Assembly: GCA_003142795.1 (NCBI GenBank)
Contig: PLNN01000059.1
Location: 36,535-82,221 of the forward strand
Direction: 5' to 3'
DNA from: Candidatus Omnitrophota bacterium
GTDB lineage: Bacteria > Omnitrophota > Gorgyraeia > 2-01-FULL-45-10
Length of the DNA: 45,687 nucleotides
The notes under the pieces were generated by a model that saw only the letters and a program-made list of their open reading frames with translations, made no database searches and was not told the DNA's origin. Positions 31,501-37,509 of the stretch are shown one piece after another. A program made the position numbers and the translations under genes. Position 1 is the stretch's first letter. The number at the start of each line of letters is the position of its first letter.

Positions 31501-32305
31501 TCTTCACGGCATCAGTAACATTCTTGCCTGTCACAAGATCAGCTACATAACCTGTGGTCTTATCATTGACTTCTACCTGTATCAGGCCTCTTTGGTCAAA
31601 GCTTACAGTGGCCTTATCGCCTGAGGCAAGAGTCACTCTGCCCGCACTCGCCATTATAATGCCCCTATTCTCAACAGCTGAAGCTACTAAGGCCACAGAG
31701 CCGGTTGCGGTGATAGTGCCTTCGTTAAGTATCTGGGAATATTGCGTGCCTGTTAGATGCTGTAATATATTATTTGGATTATTAGGGTTATTAGGATCTA
31801 TAAGCATAAAATTAGAACTTAAGAAGTTGGCTGCCGGTATGTTCATCGTGGTGGCAACAAAGTTATTAACGTTGACATTGGCTCCTGGAGCTATATACAG
31901 GCCTGCCATATTCTGGAATACGAATGTCCCTGTGGAGCAATTCACTGTGCCATACCAGGCGCTGGCTCCATTAGCGGCATCGACTTGGGCCAAAAACCTC
32001 CAGCTTGGATCCTGCATGTTGATGTTTAGGGTGGAATATTGTCCCAGGTTGGCGGTTGAAAAAGTCATGACACTGGCTGCTTGAGTTGCGGTTAATGTCA
32101 TGCTGGCGGTTGTGATGTTGGTCTGGGGATTCGTAACTTGCGAGGTTGCAACGCCTACGGTGCCGGCATTTGTTACCTGCGGAAGCTCTGTAGCCGTGGG
32201 CACAGGGGCCGTAACCGGCACTGTGCTATCCGGAGCATAACATGGTCCGGCCCAAGCGCCTATAATCGCAAGACCCAGAATTGTAAGTATCAGTAACTTT
32301 TTCAT
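19562..32305 (-). CDS. Giant secreted adhesin-like protein (4247 aa): haemagglutinin-type N-terminal domain, beta-helix repeats, DUF2341 + LamG-like, GGxFT beta-propellers
   Basis: Sec signal peptide. TPS-like region (GTFVFQNMAGLYIAPGANVNVNNFVATT, ILNEGTI, VENRGII). Many GNWxNxGTFTHxNGTVTFNGT repeats. DUF2341-like WSYRK...DFPVLL...IWVK...FYMNYGN (~27130-26850). LamG-like (~26800-26180). Repeated [LV]YVGGxFTxAGG...IAKWxG (~22000-19890). Confidence 0.85.
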   Translation of the reverse strand: MKKLLILTILGLAIIGAWAGPCYAPDSTVPVTAPVPTATELPQVTNAGTVGVATSQVTNPQTNITTASMTLTATQAASVMTFSTANLGQYSTLNINMQDPSWRFLAQVDAANGASAWYGTVNCSTGTFVFQNMAGLYIAPGANVNVNNFVATTMNIPAANFLSSNFMLIDPNNPNNPNNILQHLTGTQYSQILNEGTITATGSVALVASAVENRGIIMASAGRVTLASGDKATVSFDQRGLIQVEVNDKTTGYVADLVTGKNVTDAVKNASDHSITAHQVIMTAKTASGIFTNAVNQEGIVKATKLENVNGVISIVADNNIQVSGTMEAPGGTINVESDTNVNVKNTLTLVGDTTIKAGQSINVEADIKSSSGSLTLQAINIICSNNAIISADSLNITGTTINNIITDTPTLSIYQPGPIITISSSYQSPIGDQFTTLEGDNLKATYLKTADVTLKGDDLVTTTSAIAISANTFRVIGERFGSYMNPLNIDTANLIIQRTTGDIDIATSTGIGTSILITGPPDGGFGYILYNHDTKLTLTADHINLVGEGSIYLYGDITFSSLYCTIPGKTIYFEAGHTYTITGVFHFSGRLEDDGTITYVDLKSSEKGVQWFINPQGNNELAYVRAEDSYNLDPRLILGTSLDHDTNSYNWDAPRYWLGTSATPTLWSDTRNWSATDGGAGSAGVPTSVDDVYFTSTSDNACSIDTAASCLSFTIQSGHTTAVTITSGSLTVATDVTLTGSGALTPGSYTITVGRSWINNGGTFTAGTSTVTFNTTNSSNITGTANTAFYTLNLGTTITTGQNKVIYIGNSTTSASLTITATTLNIGSTGFTTVNLGSYNGTPNTAVQTLTVTGNLTLNTGYGNLVSTGSTYAHAINVGGNWINNSMAGFTAGISAVTFTTTGTSYITGTFGTTFYTLNLGTTLTAGQSSTIDIGHTAAAAALTTVATTLNIGSTSQTTGITTVNLGIGSSGTNTVAQMLVATGNLTINAGTTGGGQLVSVGTTYAHTINVSGNWINNSPVASSFNCGHSVVTFNGTTNQSITAGTSHFYDVTLNGASTRVTLLSAVTVDHNLTITNGTLDKNGQTLTVTGTFTYSYKLQESAADMIYFTNYLTINRNSTFTAPADFSVTSLTITTGTLDANGKNITLSSTWTNNGTFIHSNGTVTIGGTGVGQITGTVNTTFYILNLGTTLTAGQSKTIYIRNTTLSASLTITATTLNIGSTSQTTGITTVVLGQASTAVQTLTVTGDLTINAGTTGGGKLSSYGTTYAHVINVGGNWINNSPVANSFTCGISVVTFNGTAKQSITAGTSPFYDVVMNGTSTLVNLSSAVTVNHNLTITNGTLDKNGQTLTVTGTFSYSYKLQESAADMIYFTNYLTINRNSTFTTPADFITIGLTITTGTLDANGKNITISGNWTNSGTFTHNNGTVTFDGTTAISGSSTNSFYNVTINSTKSLTAPSGNINVAGNWINNGTFTHSNGTVTFNGTGTSYITGTADTTFYTLNLGTTLGAAQSSTINIGNSTADSSLTITATTLNIGSTSQTSGVTTVNLGTYSGGTNTIPQTLTVTGDLTINIGSTGGGKLVSTGSTYAHAINVGGNWTNNNTNSGQGFNAGISTVTFNAISIGKTISTGGSSFYNVVFDGVGGAWSVSTANMTVNNIVIANGMLTAPSNTLYVSGNWLQTGGTFTHNSGTVDFNGEGTQDLSIGSSPFYNLTHSGSSTLYVWSYRKSMTINHTLVSGDLTDFPVLLLISNDADLFAHAQSLGQDLVFMDSNGNRLSYQIEYYSRGATSDTAYIWVKLFHISSTSDTTFYMNYGNSNCTSQADPTSVWTNGYLAVWHLANSSGNLNTLDSTWNGYDGTNTDTSVVVGKIDGAGGFNGSTSSIDNGFIALSGSSLTFQAWINIASFQENYPYISTVLGQEDGDTNTALFRMGDAALASNQLQFVLSDGNSQIKLDSTTGLNTNAWYLVTATYDGSSMKIYVNNNTPDVSQAMSGNFSSDGEFYIAQSSAGRLLNGMMDEATVSTVARSAGWIATQYNNQNDPSSFVSFGTQTSNGLTVQGNLSQSGSGKISGGTNSIAVTGNVNISNGEFVSTTGNLSVNGNWTNNGTFTHSNGTVTFNGTTTISGSSTNSFYNVTINSTKSLTAPSGNINVAGNWTNNGTFTHSNGTVTFNGTDTSYITGTSDTEFNILNLGTTLGAGQSKIINIGHSDAGSMLTITVATLNIGSTTQTTGTTTVNLGNNGTQDNITGQYLLINGDLTINKGTTGGGVFVSVSNLGNEIDILGNWTNNGTFTPGHSIVYFDNGAIYGSATHQFYNISFSALVAPSSMSVSGNWRNDGTFTHSNGIVIFNGNTTISGATTTTFYNITITGTLTGRSSGINIEHNWTNNGTFTHNNGTVNFNGTSTSNITGTANTSFYTLNLGASLGLGQTKIVNIGHSAAGSSLEIDAYLLFIGQGAPFTGTVTVNLGNNGSQDNTAAQTLSITNLFLYSPSSLVSRSTVNHAINISSGDLGSTFSAGRSTVTLNGTAMQTETNVSFYNLRISNTSVSGVRGSGTITILSGGTLTVDSGKLFDLAANNATLSVSGSISNSGIIKIGTATPTIPNSTVGNFNYVSNSATVQQATYGDLNLSGTGVYTAAAGTITVGSGNTLTIASGATLDLSANNTILSAGSATISNSGIIKVGTGTLTIPNSTVGSFTFVNTNTIPQATYAALVIDASGKTLTASAFSANSINHTAGTLSSTGNLTINSTGTPGAFIFNTLTGPAFQGTAYALSIGASTRPASVTLNGAVSNFLNAVNVYATGNVTQNSTISGGGAVGLTVTLSSTVSGNVNINSSIAVNSSGSGSTVTISAASGTVTITSSGSISIGHGNGNDLISISASGDISQNGSISLIGSGAPGSESITISSSGGNITQNANISCNTSTTNTVTITATNGHIYGNNSSTITATPTGTITLSAGSGKDIGKAGGQNLLVNAATLTAISGNHPNICITNAGSASLSVGTMSNTTTTTIDYNKALTLGSITVTGASLTVGGTYQPTSLNTSGASATTITMTTIGALTATGTLTSTTGDISLTSEGASTLQAVTSAGALTLSKYATAATYTVAVYTISSTGTLTISSGATLTCSGATAIHVGGNWVNSGTFNRSTSTVTFNGATAHTISPGSSSFYNIIFNNASGSWTMNSNLTATNDITITNGGLILGDYGVFVGHVLSIDISGSGSATWNENQRKTFYDTGNSKYWAFYYTGSGVQYAYSTDTSTWTTVSTLGGSFTTPTFTVAYGAGYAVVATVNGYNIVLNKGAVSATSIGFGSEVTVFSGTSDGDYYSKPTLAIGTDNYVWAAASHYVQGTYYQVNVKKSTNVVSGDISAWPTTAVKVGESSQTLSDIVLLPGASGTMNILASGISNNITHYYYNGTNWTEPNDGGDYAWFAFPYVDLNGAVYAMIIWNGNLYVGGDFTTAGGSAINHIAEWNGSAWVDLAGGVNGSVRALTTSSAYGGNYLFVGGLFTTAGSGQTDVNYIAMWNGTSWYALGGAGNEGTNGPVYALATSITYYDIYVGGAFTTAGGNNFNYVATYNYDGGGWSATGAYGSVNGTVRALKVTAGSSYGQEALFAGGDFTIAYGYHGEQIAANRIAVSDNAGSGSNYWDPVGDGFNGTVYAIDGTDTSNVYAGGDFTNAGSSSVNYIAKWDGNSWSALGLGMNGAVRAILYDSGSDYLFVGGDFTTADNNSANHIALRHNDTWSALDTGMNASVRAIARDVNNYVCAGGDFTQSSGVNTSYLSIYSGGITWSPITPASGAIGTNGLVYAMAVLGTDIYVGGNFTTAGGLTVNRIAKYTPSTGTWAALIDNGHNGLNSLVKALVVIDGKLYIGGGFSATSDNAITLNRFAMWDGSWHAFVYSGNTGVNSYVNTMATDGTDLYVGGYFTDAGGIAAADRIAKWTVSTSTWSALGNGLNNYVNTIVLSGSDVYVGGGFTKTGDNVTTLNYIAKYNGSWNALTYNGNTGVNSVVNAIAVVDATHVYVGGFFTLAGGVTNPNYIAKWNGSSWSALGTGMNNSVRTLVILNSIIYVGGDFTTANGVTVNRAAKYDPSNSTFYALNAGNDVGFSSGGVYTLLVNGNDIYAGGNFIDVKGISSGYIAKYIPTGAVDVGSNVPISAVMDSNHNVNLIYTNTSNQLMYRQFNAALSSWSSAVTLYAGIVTGNPTLSINNAGNTLYAFWDTSSSIYGMNGTVGSGTPTWGSSSVRRGILTN
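25777..27996. repeat. Near-identical 156-bp intragenic duplication (25777-25932 and 27841-27996)
   Basis: By-eye comparison shows only about two mismatches. A third partial copy lies at ~25938-25999. Confidence 0.8.
28071..29089. repeat. Intragenic tandem duplication with 792-bp (264-aa) period
   Basis: 28071-28297 matches 28863-29089 closely. The protein repeat LTITNGTLDKNGQTLTVTGTFxYSYKLQESAADMIYFTNYLTINRNSTFT occurs twice. Confidence 0.8.
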
Positions 32306-32316
32306 AACGCACTTCC

Positions 32317-32334
32317 GTTTAACTGCTGTTTAAC
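32317..32334. promoter_or_regulatory. Tandem GTTTAAC boxes upstream of the giant gene start (candidate operator)
   Basis: GTTTAAC at 32317-32323 and 32328-32334 (11-bp period). The same heptamer sits in both upstream promoter spacers. Confidence 0.45.
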
Positions 32335-32359
32335 GCGCAAACCAAAAAAAATAACTTTA

Positions 32360-32545
32360 CTATTTAATTCCGCTTACGTAACGTGTCCTTACTCCATCCA
32401 TATCTTCAATAAATATTCTAAGTAAATAATTCATGACCTCGCTTACGTCTTTCTTGTGCTCATTGCAAAAAGATTTTATACTATCTTCGACCATCTTAGG
32501 CGTCCTGCACGCCAGAAAACCATCGCAATGCCTTACTTTTTTCAT
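32360..32545 (-). CDS. Small putative ribbon-helix-helix DNA-binding protein
   Basis: 61 aa with a strong AGAGGAG RBS. Strand FLACRTP, helix KMVEDSIKSFCNEH, then KDVSEVMNYLLRIFIE, which fits a CopG/Arc-like pattern. Confidence 0.55.
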   Translation of the reverse strand: MKKVRHCDGFLACRTPKMVEDSIKSFCNEHKKDVSEVMNYLLRIFIEDMDGVRTRYVSGIK

Positions 32546-32564
32546 GATTCAATCTCCTCTTTCT

Positions 32565-32701
32565 TACTATAAGTATAACACGTGTTTAACAAAAAGTCAA
32601 GAAAAATATCATTTCCCTTATCATATAAGATTATATAATATGCTTTCATTATCATTTATCATTTCTACTATAAGTGTATCACATGTTTAACAAAAGTCAA
32701 G
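32565..32701 (-). promoter_or_regulatory. Duplicated sigma70-type promoters (~36-bp direct repeat, ~100 bp apart)
   Basis: TTGACT-17-TATACT (32600-32572) and TTGACT-16-TACACT (32700-32673). Each spacer contains GTTAAAC. Confidence 0.7.
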
Positions 32702-32735
32702 CGTATGAATCTTAGATTTTTATTCCTAACTTGAA

Positions 32736-33755
32736 CTAAAGCCGCGCCTTTTCTACGTCCTCTGCTTTGGCGGGTTTGATGGCTAGGGTAGCCTCGCCGC
32801 CAGGCTCTCCGGCCTTCCAATAGTTTATGTTTAAGGCCTCTTCACTGCGGAATTTCGTGTGATAGGCGGCGATCGAAGCGGCAAGCGCAATGAGCGTTTC
32901 ATTGCTTACGGATGGCCGGATACTGCTTATTCTCAAAATAGATACGGGGCCCTGCCTGTCCGCCAGCTTGAATAAGAGATCATTCGGCATGGCAAGCTTC
33001 TCAAGCTCCCCGTTTTCGCCTTCATCCCTTCCTACCACAAGCTTAGCTTCTTCAGAAAGCCTGAAATGCCTGCCGAATTTCAGGAGCCGCACGTTGTCCA
33101 ATATCAATTCGTTATGATCCAGGAGATCGCGTATCCTTTTCGCAAACCCCGGGTCTGTAAGAAGGCACCCGCCTGCCGGACACGGGTAATCGTTGATGTT
33201 GAAGTTCTTGGCAAGCTCTATCTGCGGTTTTCGCGATCTTCCGGAAATTTCCAATAGCTTTTCTCTGTCAACAATGCCTTCTTTTTCCGCAAGCGTCGGA
33301 TCGAATAACTTTGCCGATAAAGGCCTCAAGATACGGCCCTTTAACCCGACCTCTTTTTCTATCAGAAGGATCGCGTCGCGCCTCTGCGACATGGGCCTCT
33401 CACCCAAAACCTCACCTGTTATGATAAAAGATGCTCCGATCTCTTCCATATATTTTTTTGCCATTCCGAAAGTGAATATGCGGCAATCGATGCACGGGTT
33501 CATGTTCGAGCCATATCCGTGTTTAGGTTTTTTAATTATTTCGAGATACTCTTCGGTTATGTTCAGGACTTTCAGCGGAATATTGAGCTGCTTGGCTGCC
33601 TGGGTTGCGGCATGCTGGCAGCCCTTGTGCGTACAGGTGCAAAATATGGTCAGGAAATTGATCGCGTGGATCTCGATCCCCTGTTCCTGCACGAGCCGGA
33701 CAGCGAGAATGCTGTCGAGCCCTCCCGATAACATCGCTATCGCTTTTTTATTCAT
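32736..33755 (-). CDS. PP-loop tRNA thiouridylase-like protein (MnmA/ThiI-related, DUF814-associated type)
   Basis: LSGGLDS, NPCIDCR, TGEVLGERPMSQ, PAGGCLLT, GRHFRL and VGRDEGEN. Confidence 0.8.
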   Translation of the reverse strand: MNKKAIAMLSGGLDSILAVRLVQEQGIEIHAINFLTIFCTCTHKGCQHAATQAAKQLNIPLKVLNITEEYLEIIKKPKHGYGSNMNPCIDCRIFTFGMAKKYMEEIGASFIITGEVLGERPMSQRRDAILLIEKEVGLKGRILRPLSAKLFDPTLAEKEGIVDREKLLEISGRSRKPQIELAKNFNINDYPCPAGGCLLTDPGFAKRIRDLLDHNELILDNVRLLKFGRHFRLSEEAKLVVGRDEGENGELEKLAMPNDLLFKLADRQGPVSILRISSIRPSVSNETLIALAASIAAYHTKFRSEEALNINYWKAGEPGGEATLAIKPAKAEDVEKARL

Positions 33756-35055
33756 TGTTTTTCAATCTCTCGAGCCAGTCTTTTATCTTTTTTTCGTAGC
33801 CCATCTCGGTGGGAAAATAATATTTTACCTCGGAAGGCTTGTATTCCTGCTTTACGTAATGATCTTTAAATTCGTGAGCGTACTTGTAGCCTTTGCCGTG
33901 GCCGAATGCATAACCGTCGAGACTCGCGTCTTTTAGATGATCGGGCACATCCAGCACCTTCCCCTCCTCTACATCTTTTAACGCGCTCTCTATCCCTAAA
34001 TATGCGGCGTTCGACTTCGGCGCGCACGCGACATAGACCGCGGCCTGAGCGAGCGGAATGCGCGCCTCCGGCATCCCGACAAATTCAGAGACCTGCAAAG
34101 CAGCGTTCGCGATAACAAGCGCCTGCGGGTCGGCGTTACCGACATCCTCTGCCGCGCATATCACGATCCTTCGGGCGATAAATCTCGGGTCCTCTCCTGC
34201 GTAGATCATCTTTGCAAGCCAGTATAAAACCGCGTCCGGGTCTGAACCTCTCATCGACTTGATAAATGCTGAGATCGTATCGTAATGTCCGTCTTCATCT
34301 TTATCATAAACAACCGCTTTTTTCTGGATAGACTCTTCCGCGACCTTTAAAGTGAAATGAACTTTTTTATCTTTTGTGGCAGGCGTTGTGAGGCTGCCGA
34401 TCTCGAGCGCAGAAAGACCGCGGCGGGCATCTCCTTCCGATATTTTTGCCAAATGTTTCAACGCATCTTCATCCATCTGTATCGGGATCTTGCCCAGGCC
34501 TCGCTCTTTGTCGACGAGGGTCTGCCTTAATATCTTTATAATATCCGCGTCTAACAATTTTTTGAATTCGAACACCTGGGAGCGCGAAAGAAGGGCCGCG
34601 TTGACATAGAAGAACGGATTATGGGTTGTAGTCCCTATCAGGACCGGGTTACCGGCTTCAACATCAGGCATCAGAACGTCCTGCTGGGCTTTATTGAAGC
34701 GGTGAATTTCATCTATTAAAAGTATGGTGCGTTTGCCGTTCAGGGATTCGCGCTTTTTCGCCTGGTCGATGATGCGCCTTATGTCGGCAACGTTGTTAGA
34801 GGCCGCGTTGATGCGCTCAAAATACGATTTTGTCTTATCGCTTATTATTAAAGCGAGCGTCGTCTTGCCGCAGCCGGGAGGTCCATATAGTATAACCGAA
34901 GAAATTTTATCTGATTCTATGAGACGGCGTAATAATTTATCCGGGCCCAGGATATGCTCCTGCCCCGTGAAATCATCGAGCGCCCGCGGCCTCATCCTCG
35001 CGGCCAGAGGTTCATTGGTATTGTTCTTTGCGCCTTCTTTCTCAAACAGATCCAT
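33748..35055 (-). CDS. rarA: Replication-associated recombination protein A (RarA/MgsA)
   Basis: [48 protein letters not shown] and EDVGNADP. Confidence 0.95.
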   Translation of the reverse strand: MDLFEKEGAKNNTNEPLAARMRPRALDDFTGQEHILGPDKLLRRLIESDKISSVILYGPPGCGKTTLALIISDKTKSYFERINAASNNVADIRRIIDQAKKRESLNGKRTILLIDEIHRFNKAQQDVLMPDVEAGNPVLIGTTTHNPFFYVNAALLSRSQVFEFKKLLDADIIKILRQTLVDKERGLGKIPIQMDEDALKHLAKISEGDARRGLSALEIGSLTTPATKDKKVHFTLKVAEESIQKKAVVYDKDEDGHYDTISAFIKSMRGSDPDAVLYWLAKMIYAGEDPRFIARRIVICAAEDVGNADPQALVIANAALQVSEFVGMPEARIPLAQAAVYVACAPKSNAAYLGIESALKDVEEGKVLDVPDHLKDASLDGYAFGHGKGYKYAHEFKDHYVKQEYKPSEVKYYFPTEMGYEKKIKDWLERLKNNE

Positions 35056-35073
35056 TTTTTCCAGTTCCTCAGA

Positions 35074-35250
35074 TTTTTATTTTTCGATTCATACAGAAAT
35101 GTGATGTGGCGACGTGGTGAGCAGGGCGTTAAAATTTCGAGGCAGCGTACGAGAAATTTTACGGAGCGAAATTTTCACATGGTTGAAAATTTCGCGTCCC
35201 TGCGAGCCACTCGGCGCATCACATTCTACTACTGTATCGAAAAATAAAAA
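35074..35250. repeat. ~177-bp long imperfect palindrome (MITE-like or structured RNA element)
   Basis: Both ends read inward as TTTTTATTTTTCGAT..ACAG..AATGTGATG.G.CGA.GTGG...GCAGGG. Internal hairpin GCGAAATTTTCA...TGAAAATTTCGC. Confidence 0.65.
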
Positions 35251-35415
35251 ACCCCACGAGTGCCGTGTGAGATTGAATAATCTTGATCCCGTTATGTAAC
35301 AGGTGGGTGCCCTCGAATATGCACCGAAGTGCACAGCAGCTAGGCTCCCTAGTTAAGTGCTAATGGCTCAAGATTCTCCGCTCGAAATCACGCGCACCGC
35401 AGGGAATTTGTGTTT
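35246..35415 (-). ncRNA. ssrS: 6S RNA
   Basis: The minus strand reads TCCCTGCGGTGCGCGTGA...TTGAGCC...ACTAGGGAGCC...GGCACCCACCTG...CGGGATCAAG...CACACGGCACTCGTGGGG. These are 6S-typical motifs with a closing stem, about 170 nt long, with its own promoter. Ends are approximate. Confidence 0.82.
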
Positions 35416-35423
35416 CTAAAATA

Positions 35424-35451
35424 AGTATAGCACAAATTTAATGAAATGCAA
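35424..35451 (-). promoter_or_regulatory. Sigma70 promoter of ssrS
   Basis: TTGCAT (35451-35446), 16-bp spacer, extended -10 TG-C-TATACT (35429-35424). Confidence 0.65.
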
Positions 35452-35463
35452 CTTTTGAGTGGT

Positions 35464-37506
35464 TTAGTATCTTAACCTTGCGCCGAATTTTTCTTCCAGG
35501 GCACGCAAGATACCGGCGTGGGCTTCGGAAACCTGTTTTTCTTCGAGGGTTTTGAACGGATCCCGGTATTCCAGCCTGTATGTGAGGCTTATTTTACCGT
35601 CGGGAACTTGTTTTCCTTCATACTTATCTATAAGTTTTATATCTTTGAGCATTTCGCTCGCCGTGGCGCGCATCAAGCCCACAAGATCCGCATTCAAAAC
35701 GTTCTTCGCGGCTATTATCGATATGTCCCGGAAGACGGAAGGATATTTTGGCGGCTCGATAAACCGTTTTTTCATATCTGCATATTTTATGATCGCGTCA
35801 ACGGATATTTCGCAGATATAGACGGCCTCTTTTATGTCGAAATTGCTCAAAACTTTTTTAGCGGGTACGCCGATGATACCGGCAGCGTCCCCTTCTATCT
35901 CTATCGAAGCGCATGTTGACGCAGAGAAGGTTTCGTCTTTGGCATATTTAAAAGAAACGTTGCGGATGCCCATCTCGCGCAAGAGCGTTTCTGCAATGCC
36001 TTTCAGATCAAAGAAACCGACTGCCCTGGAACCGGCTGCCCAGCTTGAGTTCTCGCCGGCGATCCCGAGAGACAGGAATTTTTTTTCCTCGAATTTACTA
36101 TCGGATTCTTTAACGTAGATATTCCCGATCTCGAACAGTTTAAGGTCTTTGGTCTTTCTATTTACGTTCCAAAGGATCGCGTTCAAAAGCCCGGGGATAA
36201 GGCTCGGCCTCATTATTTCCTGTTCGGCCGTAAGAGGATTGGCCACCTCGGCTATTCCTTCTCCCGAAATAGACGCCGCCTTAAGCATCTTTCTGCCAAT
36301 AAGGCTATAGGTGATTATTTCATCCATGCCAAGCCCTGTTAAGATCTCGCGTATCTTTTTGGTTACTATCACGTCGGTCGGCATCCTATCCGGCTGGTCG
36401 ATAACAGATGGTATCGTTACAGGTATTTTATCGTAGCCGTAAACACGCGCGACTTCCTCGACAAGATCTATCTCATTATTCAGGTCGTACCGGAAGACCG
36501 GGACCTGGAAAGAAGCCTTGCCTTTAGTTGAGGATCTAAGCTTGAGGCCCAGCGCAGCCAGTATCTTTTTTACTTTGGCGGGCGCGATCTCCACTCCCAG
36601 TATTGCATTAAGTTTTTCATATTCCAATGAAATGGTCTTCGCTCCTGCGGGTTTTGCTCCAATGTCGATAAGCTCGCCTATGCTGCCGCCTGCTATTTCC
36701 GTTATAAGGTTTGATGCCCTGTTGGATGCGTATAATATATTCGCAATATCCACTTTGCGCTCGAACCTGTAGCTCGAATCCGTCGAAAGAGCGAGTCTTC
36801 GCGATGTTCTTCTCGTCGAGATCGGATCAAAGTAAGCCGCTTCCAATAAAATGTTCTGCGTGGAATAGTTAACTTCCGTGCTCACGCCGCCCATGACGCC
36901 CGCTATCGCAATAGCTTTTTTGGGATCTGCAATAACGAGACTCGATCCTTCAAGGGTGCGTTCAACACCGTCTATCGTAGTGATCTTTTCGCCGCGAGAC
37001 GCGTTCCTTACGATGATCTCACCGCTCTCTACCTTGTCCAGGTCAAAGGCATGCATAGGCTCGCCGGTCTCAAATAAACAGAAATTGGTAATATCGACGA
37101 CATTATTTACGCTGCGTAGCCCCATTGCTTCGAGTTTTGTTTTCAGCCACGCCGGAGACTCACCGACCTTAACGCCGCGGATGATCCTGGCCGTGTATCG
37201 CGGACAGAGTTTTTTGTCTTCGATCTTCACCGCAACCCCTGCGCTCTTCGCCTTAGATCCCGGGGCTTTTGTCAAAATCGGCATTTTCAGCTTCGCGCCC
37301 GTGATCGCGGATAATTCCCTCGCCACACCGATGTATGAAAGCCAGTCGGGCCTGTTGGCGGTGACTTCTACCTCGAAGACAGCGTCGCCCGTAATATGAT
37401 GGATAGAGTCGACCGTCAGCCCGGCCATAGTTAAAGTCTCGGCTATTTTTTCGGCCGGAAGTTTTATATCGATGTAATCTTTTAACCAGTTATAACTTAT
37501 TCTCAT
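35464..37506 (-). CDS. pheT: Phenylalanine--tRNA ligase beta subunit (short form lacking the B2 domain)
   Basis: MRISYNWL, EVTANRPD, NNVVDITN, RFERKVD, DLVEEVARVYGY and a C-terminal FDX-ACB domain. Confidence 0.95.
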   Translation of the reverse strand: MRISYNWLKDYIDIKLPAEKIAETLTMAGLTVDSIHHITGDAVFEVEVTANRPDWLSYIGVARELSAITGAKLKMPILTKAPGSKAKSAGVAVKIEDKKLCPRYTARIIRGVKVGESPAWLKTKLEAMGLRSVNNVVDITNFCLFETGEPMHAFDLDKVESGEIIVRNASRGEKITTIDGVERTLEGSSLVIADPKKAIAIAGVMGGVSTEVNYSTQNILLEAAYFDPISTRRTSRRLALSTDSSYRFERKVDIANILYASNRASNLITEIAGGSIGELIDIGAKPAGAKTISLEYEKLNAILGVEIAPAKVKKILAALGLKLRSSTKGKASFQVPVFRYDLNNEIDLVEEVARVYGYDKIPVTIPSVIDQPDRMPTDVIVTKKIREILTGLGMDEIITYSLIGRKMLKAASISGEGIAEVANPLTAEQEIMRPSLIPGLLNAILWNVNRKTKDLKLFEIGNIYVKESDSKFEEKKFLSLGIAGENSSWAAGSRAVGFFDLKGIAETLLREMGIRNVSFKYAKDETFSASTCASIEIEGDAAGIIGVPAKKVLSNFDIKEAVYICEISVDAIIKYADMKKRFIEPPKYPSVFRDISIIAAKNVLNADLVGLMRATASEMLKDIKLIDKYEGKQVPDGKISLTYRLEYRDPFKTLEEKQVSEAHAGILRALEEKFGARLRY

Positions 37507-37509
37507 TTT

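Noticed and set aside
35089-35334. 81-aa minus-strand ORF and overlapping short plus-strand ORFs
   Set aside because: They overlap 6S RNA and the palindromic element and show no recognisable protein features.
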